DNA of 63,934 nt, filler included, from Rhizaria sp. SCN 62-66 (Eukaryota): assembly GCA_001724265.1 (NCBI GenBank). It is 3 parts of 3 records of this genome, joined end to end, with 100 filler letters (N's around TTAATTAATTAA, not from the genome) between each part and the next. Parts side by side here need not be neighbours in the genome. Positions count along the whole stretch, not along the records: positions 52,672 to 63,934 come from MEDY01000548.1; 2 more parts are not named here. One strand, written 5' to 3'. The position numbers and the translations under genes are program-made. A model generated the notes under the pieces. That model made no database searches, had not been told where the DNA came from, and was given only the letters and a program-made list of their open reading frames with translations. Of the stretch, positions 60,734-63,934 are shown piece by piece. Positions within the stretch are counted from its first letter, which is position 1. Every line of letters begins with the position of its first letter.

Positions 60734-63700
60734 CTATGCGATGACAGATGACATCAAGAAAGGTATCACAGCAGGGATTTGGGTTATGTCAGTTCCTTTT
60801 TGAAAAACAATTTGAATTTAGCGCATTATTTAATATATGAAGCATGCATTTGCATTAACGGACAACTGAATGCATGGAGATGCGAAACTCAAACGTCCTC
60901 TCAACGCTCCATCGAGCACGAGCCGTTGAGGTGGGCACCGTGAGGACTTGTGGTGAGCACATTAACACAAGGATATAAGAACAAATACGTTTTCCATTGT
61001 CGCTAATTTTCATGTGGGACATTAGGTACGTACGAGTAAGCAACATCCACTCAGTTGTTTAAGTTCGATGTGTGTGTTTCATGATTCATCGATGTTTAGG
61101 CTGCGTCTAAGTAAAGTGACACATCATCGTTGGAGTTGTTTTGAACACGCAAATGTTACATTTATTAGTTTGAATTAGAATCGAATCACAACCATGAACC
61201 ACTATTCTTACACTTTTCATCATATTCACACCTTATTTCAGGGACTCGCATTATGCAAGTGCTGGGGAAGCGCTTGTCTACTGTCTCTAACACTATCAGA
61301 ACGTCTGACGTTCTCACACTAACGAGTATTTAACACTTTCTTTTGCATTTTTCATTTGGTATTGCTGGATAAAGTTGTTATCATAAGTCAAGAATAACAA
61401 CACACGACAACAAAACCAAAACAAAACGCGACTAAGCACACATGTTCACTCATGACAACAGCAATGTCATGGTTTGAGCACGCTCACCTAGCTGAGTTCT
61501 GCTATATAGCAGGAACAGAGAAGAAAAGTCAAACGCAGAGTAAGGGTGGGAACAAGAACGAAGAGATATAAAAACGCGGATATAAGGGAGAGCACAAGGA
61601 GTTTGTGGTGGAGGTGTGAGGGAGCGAGAGCGACGGTGAAACAGCAATATCACGCGCTTTCTGACGAGTGTGCCGAAGCACAAACACACACACACACACA
61701 GTACACAGAAACCAGGCGAGCAACCAAATGATCACGCAAGCAATAGAGAGAGAGAACGACAATGACTAAGAGAGATAGTAGGAGAGCACTTTGAGGCGAG
61801 AGCGGGAGCCAAGGCGATGTAAAAAAAAGAAAATAAAGTACTTAACAGACTAACACACAAAACACACAAAAACGAAGTAGTAAATAATGTGGTAAGGAGA
61901 GGGGAATGAAAACAGTAACACGGCAGCGATGGCGGACAGTGTTTGAGACGGGGTTAGGAGCAGAGACAGACTGTGACTGAGACAGTGACGGTGTGACGGT
62001 GACTGACTAACTGGCGATACTGTTTGTTTTGAGTACTTTAGAAGAGGGTCATTATAATTATTACAGAAATAAGAACTAAAAGCATGGCACTAAAACATAT
62101 GAACAAAAGAGAGATGAAAGAAAAGAAACCAAGATAGAGAAGAAAAATAATAAACGAGGGTACGCTAATAGAGGCTGTCGGGCATTGGCACTCGCGCTCG
62201 CATTGGCACTCGCAATTGTACTCGCATGTGTACTCTGATGATCCGCACTCAGTCCACCGTTAAGGTCGAAAAATTGAGGAGCGCGATGCTGTGTTGTTGT
62301 TGTTGTTGTTGTTGTGTTGACGCACCAGAGAGCAGCAGTTGTGACGTGACGACTACAGCAAGCAACACCACGAACACATGGCGCAGAGATGGAATCAGAG
62401 ACAAAGAGAGCGAGAAGTATGACGATGAAGAGAAGGAGGATACAGCTTATAAGTCATACAAGCGTCTCTTGCCACACAGAGTACACACGCGTACACGAGT
62501 ATTTGTTCTTTTCTACTTCCACAACTGGTGAGAATAGAAAGTTAAGAACAGTGCAAGTGCAGATGTGCGTGCGTGTGTGTGAGAAGAGACAAATCACATC
62601 CGTGTGGCACGGAATTCACAGTAGAATGAATGATAAAGAGCAAAGCATAAACACATAGCTAAACAAGGAAGGGAATGAACGACGGAACAAGAAGGAGGAG
62701 AAGAACAAAAAAGAACTTATCAATTTGAAGAATAATTATGTTACGTTTCGTATGTTACGTTACATGATATTATGGGTGACCAACGACACAATGAGAGCAT
62801 GAAATGAGGCGGAGTCGGGACAACACATACTCGTAATGAAAACACTAAGAAAGAATGCAATGACGCGAGAACCACAAGCGAACAGACAACAAAGCAGGGG
62901 TAAAAAGAAAAGGGGGCGACGGCAAAGAAAGAGACAAGAGAGAGAGAGAGAGAGAGAGTAGGGCGAGAGGAAAGAGAGCCACTGACAAAGATAAGAGGTG
63001 TTTAGTCAGATCATTTCTTGCGTCTTACGTACTCGCACTGTCCAGGAGCAATGCACTGAGGATGTGATCAGGGCAGGACGCAGCTGGCGAGCGTGAGTAT
63101 AACAAAACAGGAGACGACGATTAAGTTGTCTGTTACTGACGACTGACGTTAGCATTACTATTATTCCAAGTAACATTAATCAAGCGAAAACACACTCCAC
63201 ACACGAGCACCTAAACGGTGCGAGAGATGATATCGGTTCGAAGGGCGTAAAAGGATGATCGTAATGGGTAATGACACGATTAAGCGAAAAGAGTTGTTAA
63301 AACGACGGGGATGGGATTGTGTGGGTGTGGGTGCGAAAAAAGAAAGATAAGGGGGTGACACAACAAACAAAGCAACAGTTTTCAATTAACACGAAAAGAG
63401 TTAACACAAAAAGACCTTAGCTGCCTTGTTGTCGAGTCGAAAAATTAAATTAAGCAGACATAAACAACATAAACATATAAATCAAGTCAAGCAGAGTAAC
63501 ATGCACGCAAGCAAGCACGCATGAAAAGATACACACAGCTACGATTGAATTGCCAAACGAAGCGGATACGTGTCCCTGCATGAGGAAAAAGACAAAGATA
63601 CAAACATTCACATAAGAAACATTAGTCGCGGTCACTTAAGTCAGCCAGACAGTTGGTCATTGTAAGAATGCGTGGCCGTGCGTTGCTGTGTGTGACTTGA

Positions 63701-63862
63701 GAGCGCGACTAAAAAACAATCATCTATCGCAAGGTGCTGACATGAGAGACATCACACCCATTGAGGCAGAAACAGAAACAAAAAAGGGTGACAAGTTCAC
63801 CACATGAGGCAATCAACACGGACGCACATGTCGTAAGAGAACGCGACTAAAAGAGCACATGC

Positions 63863-63865
<3 letters not shown>

Positions 63866-63934
<69 letters not shown>
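63866..63934. repeat. Compound (TG)n(AG)n microsatellite
   Basis: Direct reading of the window end. Confidence 0.95.

Overview
Eukaryotic (protist-like) nuclear DNA, not prokaryotic. It has very GC-rich, Ala/Gly-rich coding regions, AT-rich intergenic gaps and short GT-AG spliceosomal introns with a GTACGT donor consensus. The window joins three contigs with artificial N-TTAATTAATTAA-N linkers (24205-24304, 52572-52671). Recognisable genes: RING and U-box E3 ligases, a papain-family protease, mitochondrial aconitase (fragment), a giant Ser/Thr-rich surface protein, LRR and PH+LRR proteins, a cN-II-type 5'-nucleotidase, class I aldolase, a STF2/HABP4-like protein, a probably GPI-anchored Cys-rich protein, ALAS, RPLP2 and a PPAT-like nucleotidyltransferase. 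Main signal: UAG appears to be a sense codon. Five in-frame TAGs lie inside four otherwise continuous frames, while all 16 gene ends I could assign use TAA (9) or TGA (7). This suggests a nuclear code in which UAG is uncoupled from UAA; the amino acid cannot be determined from this window. Second signal: a 2-nt microexon (22810-22811) restores the conserved WGxxWG motif of the protease.
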